Positions 9,787 to 21,360 of a stretch of 64,000 nt of DNA are shown one piece after another. The DNA is from Geminicoccaceae bacterium (GTDB taxonomy: Bacteria > Pseudomonadota > Alphaproteobacteria > Geminicoccales > Geminicoccaceae). A model generated the notes under the pieces. It did no database searches and was not told the DNA's origin. It worked only from the letters and a program-made list of their open reading frames with translations. Each line of letters opens with the position of its first letter. The stretch's first letter is position 1. Both the position numbers and the translations under genes were made by a program. Where the stretch lies: NCBI GenBank assembly GCA_041398005.1, contig JAWKVP010000003.1:55607-119606 (forward strand). The letters are read 5' to 3'.

Positions 9787-10296
9787 ATGTCATCATCACT
9801 CGAAGGAAACAAGCTTCTCGCCGCGGTTCTCACCGCCGGCATCATGGCATCCGGTTCCGGTGCCATCGCGACGATCATCTATGGCGGCCATGCGCCCGAG
9901 GAACCTGCCTATGTCGTCGAGGCGTCGGCGACCGATGCCGGTGCGAGCACCGAAAGTGCCGAACCCGCCGCCTTCGCCGTTCCCGAGACGGGCGATGTCG
10001 CGGCCGGCGAGAAATACGCCAAGAAATGCGCCGCCTGTCATACCTTCGATGCCGGCGGAGCGAACAAGGTAGGCCCCGGCCTGCATGGCGTCGTCGGACG
10101 TGCGATCGCCAGCCATGAGGGCTTCTCCTACAGTGACGTGCTCGCCGGTCACGGCGGCAACTGGGATCGCGAGTCGCTGATCGGCTTCCTGCACAAGCCG
10201 AAGGACTGGGCGCCCGGAACCAAGATGAGCTTCGCCGGTGTGAACAAGGAGCAGGACATGGCCGACCTGCTCGCCTATCTCGAAAGCCTGAACTGA
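9787..10296 (+). CDS. cycM: Membrane-anchored class I c-type cytochrome (CycM-like)
   Basis: N-terminal TM segment LLAAVLTAGIMASGSGAIATII, heme site CAACH, and a mitochondrial-type cytochrome c fold (GPGLHGVVGR...GTKMSFAG). ATG 9787 is preceded by AAGGA. Confidence 0.85.
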   Translation: MSSSLEGNKLLAAVLTAGIMASGSGAIATIIYGGHAPEEPAYVVEASATDAGASTESAEPAAFAVPETGDVAAGEKYAKKCAACHTFDAGGANKVGPGLHGVVGRAIASHEGFSYSDVLAGHGGNWDRESLIGFLHKPKDWAPGTKMSFAGVNKEQDMADLLAYLESLN

Positions 10297-10353
10297 CCCG
10301 TACGTCTCGTTCAAAACGGGAATTTCGCGTTTCAGGCGAAAATGGCACAAAAG

Positions 10354-10381
10354 GGCCGGTACCGTGAGGACCGGCCTTTTT
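10354..10381 (+). terminator. Rho-independent terminator after the cytochrome c gene
   Basis: GGCCGGT (10354-10360), 9-nt loop, ACCGGCC (10370-10376), then TTTTT. Confidence 0.75.
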
Positions 10382-10503
10382 GATGGTTTCTGTACAGATT
10401 TTCACTTCATGGATCGATGCCGCCGCCCTACCCTGGGGTTGTGTTCGCCGGAATGCGACCTACCTCCAATCGAGACAGACGTGAGGCTCGGGAACAGGAC
10501 GAC

Positions 10504-12333
10504 ATGATCAGCAAAACGAAGATACTCGTCGCCGCCACGATCGCCGCCGGTTCGGCCCTGCTCCCGCTCGCGCCCGCATCGGCGCAGGAACCGGTCCATG
10601 GCATCGCGATGCACGGCGAGCCGGAATATTCAGCCGGTTTCACCCATTTCGCCTATGTGAATCCGGATGCGCCCAAGGGTGGTCCGGTCCGCTATTCGGC
10701 GCAGGGCACCTTCGACAGCTTCAATGCCTTCATCATCAAGGGAACTCCCGCCGCCGGCATCGGTCTCATCTATGATACATTGCTGGAAAATTCCGCCGAA
10801 GAGCCCTTCACCGAATATGGTTATCTCGCCCGGTCGATCGAAGTGCCCGAGGATCGCAGCTTCATTCGCTTCAACCTCGCCCCCGACGCCCGCTGGCACG
10901 ATGGCGAGCCGGTCACGCCCGAGGATGTCGTCTGGACCTTCGAGACACTCGTCTCCCGGGGTGCCCCCCTCTACCGCCAATATTACGCCAACGTCACCAA
11001 GGTGGAAAAAACCGGCGAGCATCAGGTGAGCTTCACCTTCGATGGCGGCAACAATCTCGAACTGCCGCTGATCCTCGGCCAACTCATCGTCCTGCCGCAG
11101 CACTACTATGAAAACGTCCCCTTCGATCAGACCTCGCTGAAACCGCCGCTCGGCAGCGGTCCCTACAGGGTCAAGTCCTTCGAGGCCGGGCGCTTTGTCG
11201 AGTATGAACGGGTCGAGGACTATTGGGGTGCCGATATTCCGGTCAATCGCGGCCGCAACAATTTCGATAGCATCCGCTACGATTACTATCGTGACCGCGA
11301 TGTCATGCTCGAAGCCTTCAAGTCCGGCGAGTTCGATTTCTTCGTCGAGAACAGTTCCAAACGCTGGGCCACCGGCTACGACATTCCGCAGATTGCCGAT
11401 GGCCGTATCATCAAGGAGGAAATCCCCAATCATTCCTCCTCCCGCATGCAGGGCTACGCCTTCAATACCCGCAGGGACATCTTCAAGGATCCGCGCGTGC
11501 GCGAAGCCATCGGCTATGCCTTCGACTTCGAATGGATGAACAGGAACCTGTTCTACGGCCAGTATCAGCGCATCAACAGCTACTTCTCCGGCAGCGAGAC
11601 CTTCGCCGCCCGCGAACTGCCGGACGAGATGGAACTGGCCATTCTCGAACCGCTGCGCGGTCAGGTGCCCGAACAGGTCTTCACCGAAGTCTACGAACCG
11701 CCCGTCACCGACGGTTCCGGCAGCAACCGTCAGGGCCTGCGCAACGGCCTGCGGCTGCTCAAGGAGGCGGGCTACGAACTCGTCGACGGTGTCATGACCA
11801 ACAGGGACACCGGCAACCGCCTCGACTTCGAATATCTCTACTTCGACCCTTCCAGCGAGCGCATCGCCGCCCCCTTCGCCCAGGCGCTTGAAAAGATGGG
11901 CGTGAAGATGACCCTGCGCCGGGTCGATACCTCGCAATATATCGAGCGTATGGACAATTTCGATTTCGACATGACCACCGCCATCTGGGGTCAGAGCCTG
12001 TCGCCGGGCAACGAGCAGCGCGAGTTCTGGGGCACGGCCGCCGCCGATCAGAACGGTTCGCGCAATGTCGTCGGCATCAGGGATCCCGCGATCGACGCCA
12101 TCATCGAGAAGATCATCGCCGCCGACAGCTCGCAAGAACTGGCGGCTGCCTGCCGCGCACTCGACCGGGTGCTGATCTGGCAGTATTTCACCGTCCCGCA
12201 ATTCTACAACGAGGTCGACCGCATTGCCCGCTGGGCCTATCTGCAACGCCCCGAAACCGTACCGCTGCGCGGGCTCGATACATCGAGCTGGTGGTATGAC
12301 GAGGAGAAGGCAGGGCAGATCAAGGGCCGCTGA
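10504..12333 (+). CDS. yejA: Family-5 substrate-binding protein of the YejABEF-type oligopeptide / microcin C importer
   Basis: Sec signal [29 protein letters not shown]. The mature N-terminus [29 protein letters not shown] is typical of YejA. About 609 aa, followed by yejB, yejE and yejF. Confidence 0.85.
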   Translation: MISKTKILVAATIAAGSALLPLAPASAQEPVHGIAMHGEPEYSAGFTHFAYVNPDAPKGGPVRYSAQGTFDSFNAFIIKGTPAAGIGLIYDTLLENSAEEPFTEYGYLARSIEVPEDRSFIRFNLAPDARWHDGEPVTPEDVVWTFETLVSRGAPLYRQYYANVTKVEKTGEHQVSFTFDGGNNLELPLILGQLIVLPQHYYENVPFDQTSLKPPLGSGPYRVKSFEAGRFVEYERVEDYWGADIPVNRGRNNFDSIRYDYYRDRDVMLEAFKSGEFDFFVENSSKRWATGYDIPQIADGRIIKEEIPNHSSSRMQGYAFNTRRDIFKDPRVREAIGYAFDFEWMNRNLFYGQYQRINSYFSGSETFAARELPDEMELAILEPLRGQVPEQVFTEVYEPPVTDGSGSNRQGLRNGLRLLKEAGYELVDGVMTNRDTGNRLDFEYLYFDPSSERIAAPFAQALEKMGVKMTLRRVDTSQYIERMDNFDFDMTTAIWGQSLSPGNEQREFWGTAAADQNGSRNVVGIRDPAIDAIIEKIIAADSSQELAAACRALDRVLIWQYFTVPQFYNEVDRIARWAYLQRPETVPLRGLDTSSWWYDEEKAGQIKGR

Positions 12334-13454
12334 TGGGCGCCTATCTCCTACGCCGCTTGCTGCTGGTGATCCCGACCCTGCTCGGGATCATGATCCTCAA
12401 TTTCGTCATCATTCAGGCGGCGCCCGGCGGTCCCGTCGAACAGATGATCGCACGCCTGCAGGGTACGGCCGTTTCCGCCACCGCAAGGCTCGAAGGCGAC
12501 CGTGGCGACATGGGTTCGCAGGGGCAAGGCAGTCAGGCGTCAACGTCCTCCTCCGCCCAGCCGCGCGGTGATTATCGCGGCGCGCGCGGCCTGCCGCCGG
12601 AATTCATCGCCGATCTGGAAAAGATGTACGGCTTCGACAAGCCGCTCTGGCAGCAATTCACCGAGATGATGGGCCGCTATCTGAGCTTCGATTTCGGCAA
12701 GAGCTTCTTCCGCGATACATCGGTGATCGACCTCATCCTCGAAAAGATGCCGGTCTCGATCTCGCTCGGCGTGTGGACGACCCTGCTCACCTATCTGATC
12801 TCGATCCCCTTGGGCATCCGCAAGGCCGTGCGCGACGGCTCGAATTTCGATGTCTGGACCTCGGGGGTCATCATCATCGGCAATGCGATACCGGGCTTTC
12901 TCTTCGCCATCCTGCTCATCGTCCTCTTCGCCGGCGGCAGCTATCTCGACTGGTTCCCGTTGCGCGGCCTGACGTCCGAGAACTGGAACCAGCTGAGCTG
13001 GGGCGGGCGGATCGTCGACTATATCTGGCACATGGTCCTGCCGATCGTTTCATTGATGATCGGCGCTTTCGCGGGCCTCACCATGCTGACCAAGAACAGC
13101 TTCGTCGAGGAGATCAACAAACAGTATGTCATCACCGCCCGCGCCAAGGGACTGACCGAGCGGCAGGTGCTCTACGGCCATGTGTTCCGCAACGCCATGC
13201 TGATCGTCATCGCCGGGTTTCCTGCCGCATTCATCGGCATCCTGTTCACCGGCTCGCTCTTGGTGGAGGTCATTTTCTCGCTCGACGGGCTGGGCCTGCT
13301 CGGCTTCGAGGCGGCCATCAACCGCGACTATCCCGTCATGTTCGCCACGCTTTATATTTTCACGCTGATGGGTCTGATCCTCAAGATCGTCTCCGATTTC
13401 ACCTATGTGCTGGTCGATCCGCGCATCGATTTCGAGAGCAGGGGCGGACATTGA
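12333..13454 (+). CDS. yejB: YejB-type ABC permease
   Basis: 373 aa. Start [36 protein letters not shown], and the usual long low-complexity periplasmic insertion. Its ATG overlaps the yejA stop. Confidence 0.88.
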   Translation: MGAYLLRRLLLVIPTLLGIMILNFVIIQAAPGGPVEQMIARLQGTAVSATARLEGDRGDMGSQGQGSQASTSSSAQPRGDYRGARGLPPEFIADLEKMYGFDKPLWQQFTEMMGRYLSFDFGKSFFRDTSVIDLILEKMPVSISLGVWTTLLTYLISIPLGIRKAVRDGSNFDVWTSGVIIIGNAIPGFLFAILLIVLFAGGSYLDWFPLRGLTSENWNQLSWGGRIVDYIWHMVLPIVSLMIGAFAGLTMLTKNSFVEEINKQYVITARAKGLTERQVLYGHVFRNAMLIVIAGFPAAFIGILFTGSLLVEVIFSLDGLGLLGFEAAINRDYPVMFATLYIFTLMGLILKIVSDFTYVLVDPRIDFESRGGH

Positions 13455-14533
13455 GCGCGCGCAACCTGAAGCCGCCCCGGACCCGCGACCGTCTTTTGGG
13501 CATCCCCTTGCGCCTGTCACCGCTCAACGCAAGGCGGCTCGCCAATTTCAAGACCAACCGGCGCGGTCACATCTCGCTCTGGCTGTTCATGATCCTGTTC
13601 ATCCTCAGCCTGTTCGCCGAACTGATCGCCAACGACAAGCCGATACTCGTGAGCTACGATGGCGGCTTCTACACACCCTTTCTGACCGCCTATCCCGAAA
13701 CCACCTTCGGCGGCGATTTTCCCACCGAGGCGGATTACAACGACCCGTTCGTGATGGAGCTGATCGAGGAGAAAGGCTGGGCGCTGTGGCCCGTCATTCC
13801 CTACAGCTATGACACCATCATCAAGGATCTCGACCGCCCGTCGCCCGCCCCGCCGTCGCTGAAGAACTGGCTCGGCACCGACGATCAGGCGCGGGACGTC
13901 ACCGCAAGGGTGATCTACGGTTTCCGCATCTCCGTGCTGTTCGGGCTGGTGCTCACACTGGTGTCGTCGGTGATCGGCATCGCCGCCGGTGCCGTGCAGG
14001 GCTATTTCGGCGGCTGGGTTGATCTCGGCATGCAGCGTTTCATGGAAGTCTGGTCGGGGCTGCCGACGCTCTATCTGCTCATCATCATGTCGAGCATCAT
14101 CATTCCGGGCTTCTGGTCGCTGTTGATCCTGATGCTGCTGTTCAGCTGGATGGCGCTGGTCGATGTGGTGCGGGCGGAGTTCCTGCGCGCCCGCAATCTC
14201 GATTTCGTCCGCGCGGCGCGCGCGCTGGGTGTGGGCAATGCGACCATCATGTTCCGCCATGTGCTGCCCAATGCGATGGTCTCCACCCTGACCTTCATGC
14301 CGTTCATCCTCAACGGCTCGATCACCACCCTCACCTCCCTCGATTTCCTCGGCTTCGGCCTGCCGCCGGGTTCGCCCTCGCTCGGTGAACTGCTGGCCCA
14401 GGGCAAGGCCAACCTGCAGGCGCCATGGCTCGGCATCACCGGCTTTCTGGTGCTGGCGGTGATGCTCTCGCTGCTGATCTTCATCGGCGAGGCGGTGCGC
14501 GATGCCTTCGATCCGCGAAAGACGTTTCAATGA
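13451..14533 (+). CDS. yejE: YejE-type ABC permease
   Basis: [57 protein letters not shown] parallels the E. coli YejE N-terminus. The track ORF 12773-14533 is an upstream read-in. The probable start is TTG 13451 (TTGA overlap with the yejB stop) or TTG near 13495. Confidence 0.85.
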   Translation: MSARNLKPPRTRDRLLGIPLRLSPLNARRLANFKTNRRGHISLWLFMILFILSLFAELIANDKPILVSYDGGFYTPFLTAYPETTFGGDFPTEADYNDPFVMELIEEKGWALWPVIPYSYDTIIKDLDRPSPAPPSLKNWLGTDDQARDVTARVIYGFRISVLFGLVLTLVSSVIGIAAGAVQGYFGGWVDLGMQRFMEVWSGLPTLYLLIIMSSIIIPGFWSLLILMLLFSWMALVDVVRAEFLRARNLDFVRAARALGVGNATIMFRHVLPNAMVSTLTFMPFILNGSITTLTSLDFLGFGLPPGSPSLGELLAQGKANLQAPWLGITGFLVLAVMLSLLIFIGEAVRDAFDPRKTFQ

Positions 14534-16152
14534 GCCTGCTGGAAGTCAAGGACCTCTCCGTCAACTTCGCCGTCGAGGGCCGCGAGATCGAGGCGGTGCG
14601 CAAGGTCTCCTTCCACATCGACAAGGGCGAGACACTGGCCCTTGTCGGTGAAAGCGGCTCCGGCAAGTCGGTGACCGCGCTTTCCGTACTCCAGCTACTG
14701 CCCTATCCCAAGGCCACGCACCCGTCGGGCAGTGTGGTGCTCGACGGCGAGGAGCTCATGGGCCGCGACGACCGTTTCATGCGCACCGTACGCGGCAACC
14801 GCGTCGGCATGATCTTCCAGGAGCCGATGACCTCGCTCAACCCGCTGCACACCATCGAAAAGCAGATCGCCGAGGTGCTGCTGCTGCATCGCGGGCTGAG
14901 CGGCCGGGCAGCGCGCGAGCGGGCGCTGGAACTGCTGGACCTCGTACAGATCAAGGATGCCGAAAGCCGCCTGCACGCCTACCCGCACCAGCTTTCCGGC
15001 GGCCAGCGGCAGCGGGTGATGATCGCCATGGCACTGGCCAACGAGCCCGACCTGCTGATCGCCGACGAACCCACCACCGCCCTCGATGTCACCGTTCAGG
15101 CGCAGATCCTCAAGCTCATGCGCGAGCTGCAGGAGCGCATGGGCATGGCCGTGCTGCTCATCACCCATGACCTGACCATCGTCCGCCGTGTCGCCCACCG
15201 CGTCTGCGTGATGACCGATGGCGGGATCGTCGAACATGGTGCGACCGAGGACATTTTCGAGCGGCCACAGCATGACTATACGAGGCACCTGCTCGCCGCC
15301 GAGCCCAAGGGAAAGCCGCCTACCTTCGATGCGTCGGTGCAGCCGATCATGGAAGCCCGCGACGTCAAGGTGCATTTCCCCATCCAGCGCGGCCTGCTCA
15401 AGCGCATCGTGGGTTATGTCAAGGCCGTGGACGGCATCACGCTGGATGTGCGCCGCGGCCAGACCATCGGCGTGGTCGGCGAGAGCGGCTCCGGCAAGAC
15501 GACGCTGGGCCTCGCCCTGCTCCGGCTGATCTCGAGCGAGGGCACGATCCGCTTCGACGGCGAGGATATCCACGACTGGTCATCGAGCCGGATGCGCGCT
15601 CTCCGCAGCGAGATGCAGATCGTCTTCCAGGATCCCTATGGCAGCCTCAGCCCGCGCATGTCGGTGGCCCAGATCATCGAGGAAGGGCTGAAACTGCACA
15701 GGATCGGCGACGGTGCCGAAGGCCGCCGCCAGCTCATCACCGATATCCTCGAGGAAGTCGGCCTCGACCCGTCCAGTCAGGACCGCTACCCGCACGAATT
15801 CTCCGGCGGCCAGCGGCAGCGCATCTCGATCGCCCGGGCGATGGTGCTCAAGCCGCGCCTCGTCGTCCTCGACGAGCCCACCTCCGCGCTCGACATGTCG
15901 GTACAGGCGCAGATCGTCGATCTTCTGCGCGACCTTCAGCGAAGGCACGATCTCGCCTATCTCTTCATCAGCCACGATCTCAGGGTGGTCCGGGCGATGA
16001 GCCACGAGGTACTGGTGATGCGCGACGGACGGGTCGTGGAACAGGGTGCGGCTGCGGAAATCTTCGACCATCCGCGCGAGGAATACACCCGCGCCCTCAT
16101 GGCCGCCGCCTTCGAGATCAAGGCGACCGGGGGAGACGTGGTGGCGAACTGA
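14530..16152 (+). CDS. yejF: YejF-type double ATP-binding-cassette ATPase
   Basis: [11 protein letters not shown] start with an ATGA overlap on the yejE stop. Two Walker A sites (GESGSGKS twice) and two LSGGQRQR signature motifs. Confidence 0.9.
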   Translation: MSLLEVKDLSVNFAVEGREIEAVRKVSFHIDKGETLALVGESGSGKSVTALSVLQLLPYPKATHPSGSVVLDGEELMGRDDRFMRTVRGNRVGMIFQEPMTSLNPLHTIEKQIAEVLLLHRGLSGRAARERALELLDLVQIKDAESRLHAYPHQLSGGQRQRVMIAMALANEPDLLIADEPTTALDVTVQAQILKLMRELQERMGMAVLLITHDLTIVRRVAHRVCVMTDGGIVEHGATEDIFERPQHDYTRHLLAAEPKGKPPTFDASVQPIMEARDVKVHFPIQRGLLKRIVGYVKAVDGITLDVRRGQTIGVVGESGSGKTTLGLALLRLISSEGTIRFDGEDIHDWSSSRMRALRSEMQIVFQDPYGSLSPRMSVAQIIEEGLKLHRIGDGAEGRRQLITDILEEVGLDPSSQDRYPHEFSGGQRQRISIARAMVLKPRLVVLDEPTSALDMSVQAQIVDLLRDLQRRHDLAYLFISHDLRVVRAMSHEVLVMRDGRVVEQGAAAEIFDHPREEYTRALMAAAFEIKATGGDVVAN

Positions 16153-16281
16153 TCGCCGATCGACACGGTGTCACACGATTCTCGCCACCATGCTCTCATT
16201 TCGCACTCACTCGGCGGTGGTCACGGGAAACCTGCGCGTCTATGGTCGGGCAGGGTCATCTAGAATCCAGCAGGGGGGCCA

Positions 16282-19200
16282 ATGCCTGTTCGCAAGGAAG
16301 ACCGCAAGGCGGAGATTCTCGACCGGCTTCACGCCATGATCCGCGACAAGCTCGAAGGACTGGACGCCGACCGGGCGATCACCTTCGTCGACCACTTCTA
16401 CCGCGATGTGGCCCCCGGCGATCTCTTCGCCCGCGAACAGCTCGATCTCTATGGCGCGGCACTCGGACAGTTGCGCCTTGCCGACCGGAGGCCGGCGAAA
16501 ACCCCGCTCATCCGGGTCTTCAATCCGCGCATGGACCAGCATGGCTGGCAATCGACCCACACGATCGTCGAGATCGTCAATGACGACATGCCGTTTCTCG
16601 TCGACAGCATCACCAACGAGCTCAACCGCCGCGGTCTCGGCATTCACATCATCATCCACCCGCTCTACCAGTGCACCCGCGATGGCGACGGGCGGCTGAC
16701 GAGCCTTGCAAGGCATGGCGACGGCAACGGACCGGAAGGCTCCATCGCCGAAAGCTTCATGCATATCGAGATCGACCGGCAGAGCGATCAGGCGTTCCTC
16801 GACGAGGTGGAGAAATCCATCGCCAGGGTCCTTGGCGATGTCCGGCTGGCGGTGCAGGACTGGCGCGCAATGCGCTCGAAGATCTCGGACGCCATCGCCC
16901 AGCTCGAGCCGGCGCGAAAACTCATGCCGGAAGCCGATTTCAAGGAATATACGGCGTTCCTCGAATGGCTCGCCGACGATCATTTCACGCTGCTCGGCTA
17001 CTCGTCCTACCGGATCGAGGGCGAAGGCGATGATACCCAGCTCCGGCGGATCAAGGGCAGTGGCCTCGGCATCTTTCGCGGCAAGGACGAGGGCGGACTT
17101 TCGGCGAGCTTCAGGAGCATGCCGGTCCACGCCCGGCGGCGCGCTCACGACCCCTTCCCGCCCGTGGCCGTGGCCAAGGCGCATACGCGCAGCACGGTGC
17201 ACCGCTCCAGCTATCTCGACTTCATCGGCGTGCGGACCTATGCGGAGAATGGCAAGGTCACCGGCGAAAGCCGCTTTCTCGGCCTGTTCACCTCCGCCGC
17301 CTACAATCGCAGCCCGAGCTTCATTCCGCTCCTGCGTCGCAAGATCGAACGCATCACCGAAAAGGCGGCGATGGGCCGGACCGGCCATTCCGGCAAGGCG
17401 CTGGTCAATATCCTCGAGACCTATCCGCGCGACGAGCTCTTCCAGATCCAGGAAGAGGAACTCCTGCGCATCTCCACCCAGATCCTCCACCTGCAGGACC
17501 GCCAGCATATCCGGCTGTTCGTCCGTCGCGACCAGTACGAGCGGTTCGTCTCCTGCCTCGTCTATGTCCCGCGCGAGCGCTACAACACGGCGGTCCGCCT
17601 GCGGTTCCAGGCCATTCTCGAACGCGCGCTCGACAGCGACGAGACCGACTATCAGGCACAGCTCTCCGAATCGGTACTCGCCCGCATCCTGTTCATGGTG
17701 CGCACGCCGAACGGCATTCCGGAATCGCTGGATGTCGAGGAGATCGAGCGACAGCTCGCCGACGTCGCCTACAGCTGGAGCGACAAGCTCAAGGATGCGC
17801 TGATCGAGGCCGAGGGCGAGGAGGAGGGCAACCGCCTCTATCGCCAGTTCGGCCATGCCTTCCCGGGATCCTATCAGGAAAGCCTGAACGCGCGCGCGGC
17901 GGTCCCCGACATTCTCGCAATCGATGCGCTCTCGCATTCCGAGGCGCCCGACCGGGCACTGTCGATGAGCCTCTACCGCCGGATCGAGGACAGGAGCGAC
18001 ATCCTGCGCTTCAAGCTCATCCGCCCCGACAGGTCGGTCTTCCTCGCCGACGCGCTGCCGATCATGGAGAACATGGGCCTGCGCGTCCTCTACGAATCGC
18101 CGCACCGGCTGACCGCCCGCGGCGGTCAGGTCTTCTCGATCCACGATTTCGGCATGGAACCGACGGTCAACGACGATACGGTCGAGATCGGTGCCATCCG
18201 CGAGCAGTTCCAGGACACCTTCCGCCTCGTATGGAGCGGCGATCTCGAGAATGACGGTTTCAACCGGCTCGTCCTCGCCGCCGGTCTGGCGCCGCGTCAG
18301 ATCATGGTGCTGCGCGCCTACTGCAAGTATTTCATGCAGCTCGGCAGTCCCTTTTCGCAGGCCTATATCGAGCGCACCTTCACCTCCAATGCCAGTCTCG
18401 CGCGCGGCCTCGCCGAACTGTTCGACGCCCGTTTCGATCCAGACCGCGAGGGTGACCGCGCCGCCGCGATCGCGGAAATCGAGGAACGCATCCGTGCCGG
18501 CCTCGAACATGTGGCCATTCTCGACGAGGACCGGATCATTCGCCGCTATCTCGGCCTGATCAACGCCACGCTGCGCACCAACGCCTTCCAGCATGCCGAT
18601 GAACGGGGCACGGCCAAACCCTATCTCTCGCTCAAGTTCGATCCGGCGAAGGTGCCGGGGATGCCGCTGCCCAAACCGGCCTACGAGATCTTCGTCTATG
18701 CGCCGCATGTCGAGGGCGTGCATCTGCGCGGCGGCAAGGTCGCGCGTGGCGGCCTTCGCTGGTCCGACCGCCGCGAGGACTTCCGCACCGAGGTTCTCGG
18801 GCTGATGAAGGCGCAGATGGTCAAGAACAGCGTCATCGTGCCGGTGGGCGCGAAGGGCGGTTTCGTCGTCAAGCAACCGCCGGCCGGTGGCGACCGTCAG
18901 GCGTTTCAGGAAGAAGGCATCCGCTGCTACAGGACGTTCCTGAGCGGCCTGCTCGACATCACCGACAACCGAACGCCCGATGGCATCAAGGCGCCCGAGC
19001 GGGTCATTCGCTACGATGAGGACGATCCCTACCTCGTCGTCGCCGCCGACAAGGGCACGGCGACCTTTTCCGACATCGCCAATGGCGTCAGCCGCGATTA
19101 CGGCTTCTGGCTCGACGATGCGTTCGCCTCCGGCGGGTCGGCCGGCTACGACCACAAGGGCATGGGCATCACGGCCAAGGGCGCATGGGAATCGGTCAAG

Positions 19201-21180
19201 CGGCATTTCCGCGAGATGGGCATCGATACCCAGTCCGAACCCTTCACCGTGGTCGGTATCGGCGACATGTCGGGTGATGTGTTCGGCAACGGCATGCTTC
19301 TCTCCGAACATATCCGCCTCGTCGCCGCCTTCGATCACCGCCATATCTTCCTCGATCCCGATCCCGACCCGGCGACGAGCTTTGCCGAACGCCAGCGTCT
19401 GTTCGATGTTCCGCGTTCGTCATGGGACGATTACGACCGCAACCTCATCAGCCGGGGCGGCGGTATCTTCCCGCGCTCCGCGAAATCCGTCACCCTCTCG
19501 CCGGAGATCTGCAAGGCGCTCGATATCGAGACCGGCGAGATGGCGCCGATGGAGCTCATGAACGCCATTCTCAAGGCGCCCGTCGATCTCTGGTGGAACG
19601 GCGGTATCGGCACCTATGTCAAGGGCTCCGGCGAAAGCCACACCGATGCCCAGGACCGCGCCAATGACGGCCTGCGCATCGATGGCTGCGAGCTTCGCGC
19701 AAGGGTCGTCGGCGAGGGCGGCAATCTCGGCATCACCCAGCGCGGGCGCATCGAGATCGCCACCAATGGCGGACGCATCAACACCGACTTCATCGACAAT
19801 TCGGCCGGCGTCGACTGCTCCGACCACGAGGTCAACATCAAGATCCTGCTCGGCGATGTTGTCGCCAGCGGCGACATGACCATGAAGCAGCGCGATGTGC
19901 AGCTGGCCGAGATGACCGACGAGGTCGGCGAGCTCTGCCTGCGTGACAACATCCTGCAGAATCTGGCGCTGAGCATGACCGGCGCCCGTGCCGCCGCCAT
20001 GCTCGACGCCCAGCAGCGAATGATGCGCAAGCTCGAGCGGGCGGGCCGGCTCGACCGCAGGATCGAGCTCCTGCCCACCGATGGCGAGCTCGCCGAACGC
20101 CGGCAGACGGGCACCGGGCTTACCCGCCCCGAAGCGGCCGTCCTTCTCGCCTACGGCAAGACGACGCTCTATGCCGATCTGCTCGCCACCGGACTGCCCG
20201 ATCGCGAGTATTTCCTCGTCGACATCGCCAAGTATTTTCCGCGTCCGCTACGCCGGCGCTTCCAGGAGCGCATCGCCGGTCACCGCCTGCGCCGGGAGAT
20301 CGTGGCCACCTGGCTCGCCAACAGCATCGTCAATCGCGGTCTCGACGTGTTCATGAGCGAACTCGAGGACGAGACCGGCGCCGAACTCGAACAGATCGCC
20401 ATGGCCTATGTCGTCACCCGTGACAGTTTTGCGCTGCTGCCGCTCTGGTCCGATATCGAGACCCTGGGTTTCGACGTTCCCTCCGACCAGCAGATCGCCA
20501 TGCTCAACGAGGCGCGCGATACGCTCGTGAGAGGTACGCGCTGGTTCGTGGCGCAGACCGTCGGCCGGATCAGCCTGCGTGAAACGGTTGCGCGCTTTCG
20601 CCCGTCGATCGCCGAGATCATGGAAAATCTCGACGGCCTGCTCGCCAGACCGCAGGCGATCATTCTCAACGGTACCGTCGCCGGCTATGTCGAGGCCGGC
20701 GCCACGCCGGAGCTCGCACGCGCGGTTGCCGGCCTGCCCCACCTTCTCGCGGCATGTGACATCGTCACGGTCGCACAATCGCCCGAACGGGTCGGAGGCG
20801 GCGACACGCTCGACGTCGCGCGGGTATATTTCGCGCTCGATGCCCAGCTCAACCTCACCTGGCTGCGAAGCCAGATCCAGCGCGCGCCCATCACCTCGCG
20901 CTGGGACAGGATGGCGCTGAGCGCACTCGAGGATGAACTCGCCGAATCGCTCAGGCAGCTCACCACAGCGGCACTCGCGGCCGGTGTCAGTGGCGAGGAT
21001 ACACAGGCGAGCGAAAGCGAGGTCGATCGCTGGATCGGCGAGAGCCTCGTTTCGGTGGACCGGTATCGCGCACTGCTCGAGGAGATCGAGGCCGCCGAAC
21101 GGCCCGATCTCGCCATGCTCAATGTCGCGGTCGGTGTTGTCGGAAAGCTTCTGCCGCGCACCGTGATGTCAAAGATATGA
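16282..21180 (+). CDS. gdhZ: NAD-specific glutamate dehydrogenase, large (about 180 kDa) class
   Basis: 1632 aa. The catalytic core GGLRWSDRREDFRTEVLGLMKAQMVKNSVIVPVGAKGGF and GDMSGDVFGNGML is typical of the GdhB/GdhZ family. Confidence 0.95.
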   Translation: MPVRKEDRKAEILDRLHAMIRDKLEGLDADRAITFVDHFYRDVAPGDLFAREQLDLYGAALGQLRLADRRPAKTPLIRVFNPRMDQHGWQSTHTIVEIVNDDMPFLVDSITNELNRRGLGIHIIIHPLYQCTRDGDGRLTSLARHGDGNGPEGSIAESFMHIEIDRQSDQAFLDEVEKSIARVLGDVRLAVQDWRAMRSKISDAIAQLEPARKLMPEADFKEYTAFLEWLADDHFTLLGYSSYRIEGEGDDTQLRRIKGSGLGIFRGKDEGGLSASFRSMPVHARRRAHDPFPPVAVAKAHTRSTVHRSSYLDFIGVRTYAENGKVTGESRFLGLFTSAAYNRSPSFIPLLRRKIERITEKAAMGRTGHSGKALVNILETYPRDELFQIQEEELLRISTQILHLQDRQHIRLFVRRDQYERFVSCLVYVPRERYNTAVRLRFQAILERALDSDETDYQAQLSESVLARILFMVRTPNGIPESLDVEEIERQLADVAYSWSDKLKDALIEAEGEEEGNRLYRQFGHAFPGSYQESLNARAAVPDILAIDALSHSEAPDRALSMSLYRRIEDRSDILRFKLIRPDRSVFLADALPIMENMGLRVLYESPHRLTARGGQVFSIHDFGMEPTVNDDTVEIGAIREQFQDTFRLVWSGDLENDGFNRLVLAAGLAPRQIMVLRAYCKYFMQLGSPFSQAYIERTFTSNASLARGLAELFDARFDPDREGDRAAAIAEIEERIRAGLEHVAILDEDRIIRRYLGLINATLRTNAFQHADERGTAKPYLSLKFDPAKVPGMPLPKPAYEIFVYAPHVEGVHLRGGKVARGGLRWSDRREDFRTEVLGLMKAQMVKNSVIVPVGAKGGFVVKQPPAGGDRQAFQEEGIRCYRTFLSGLLDITDNRTPDGIKAPERVIRYDEDDPYLVVAADKGTATFSDIANGVSRDYGFWLDDAFASGGSAGYDHKGMGITAKGAWESVKRHFREMGIDTQSEPFTVVGIGDMSGDVFGNGMLLSEHIRLVAAFDHRHIFLDPDPDPATSFAERQRLFDVPRSSWDDYDRNLISRGGGIFPRSAKSVTLSPEICKALDIETGEMAPMELMNAILKAPVDLWWNGGIGTYVKGSGESHTDAQDRANDGLRIDGCELRARVVGEGGNLGITQRGRIEIATNGGRINTDFIDNSAGVDCSDHEVNIKILLGDVVASGDMTMKQRDVQLAEMTDEVGELCLRDNILQNLALSMTGARAAAMLDAQQRMMRKLERAGRLDRRIELLPTDGELAERRQTGTGLTRPEAAVLLAYGKTTLYADLLATGLPDREYFLVDIAKYFPRPLRRRFQERIAGHRLRREIVATWLANSIVNRGLDVFMSELEDETGAELEQIAMAYVVTRDSFALLPLWSDIETLGFDVPSDQQIAMLNEARDTLVRGTRWFVAQTVGRISLRETVARFRPSIAEIMENLDGLLARPQAIILNGTVAGYVEAGATPELARAVAGLPHLLAACDIVTVAQSPERVGGGDTLDVARVYFALDAQLNLTWLRSQIQRAPITSRWDRMALSALEDELAESLRQLTTAALAAGVSGEDTQASESEVDRWIGESLVSVDRYRALLEEIEAAERPDLAMLNVAVGVVGKLLPRTVMSKI

Positions 21181-21191
21181 CAATTGTGTCG

Positions 21192-21217
21192 CTGGAGCCT
21201 TGCGCGCACGGCTCCAG
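21192..21217 (+). terminator. Stem-loop 12 nt after the gdh stop
   Basis: CTGGAGCC (21192-21199), 10-nt loop, GGCTCCAG (21210-21217), followed by TACGATTATT, a weak U-tract. Confidence 0.45.
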
Positions 21218-21360
21218 TACGATTATTAACAGTTCAGCGCGGCTATAACGGTGGGCGCGGAACGGATTCGCGCGGTCGTTCGGGGAACGGGTGTTACCGG
21301 CCGAAAGAACATGGTGACCGCGCAGGCGCAGGAAACGGCGCAGGTTGGAGGACGAATTCT

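Noticed and set aside
12773-14533. A 586-aa ORF that looks like a yejB-yejE fusion. Similarly, the 796-aa ORF 28829-31219 and the 524-aa ORF 50713-52287.
   Set aside because: Only the 3' portions are real (yejE from about 13451, the binding protein from 29921, dxr from 51915). The upstream parts are alternative-frame read-ins over the preceding genes. These are not fusions or pseudogenes.
16153-16281. A sigma-54-like TGG...TGC element (TGGTCACGGGAAACCTGC) upstream of the glutamate dehydrogenase gene.
   Set aside because: The GG-to-GC spacing is about 3 nt longer than the canonical -24/-12 arrangement, so it does not fit.
16240-19344. A 1034-aa minus-strand ORF covering most of the 5' half of the glutamate dehydrogenase gene.
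   Set aside because: It is antisense to an unambiguous 1632-aa GDH. Its composition (rich in Arg, Gly, Ala, Asp and Glu, with no motifs) is what the reverse frame of a high-GC3 gene yields. Such antisense GDH translations are a known annotation artefact.
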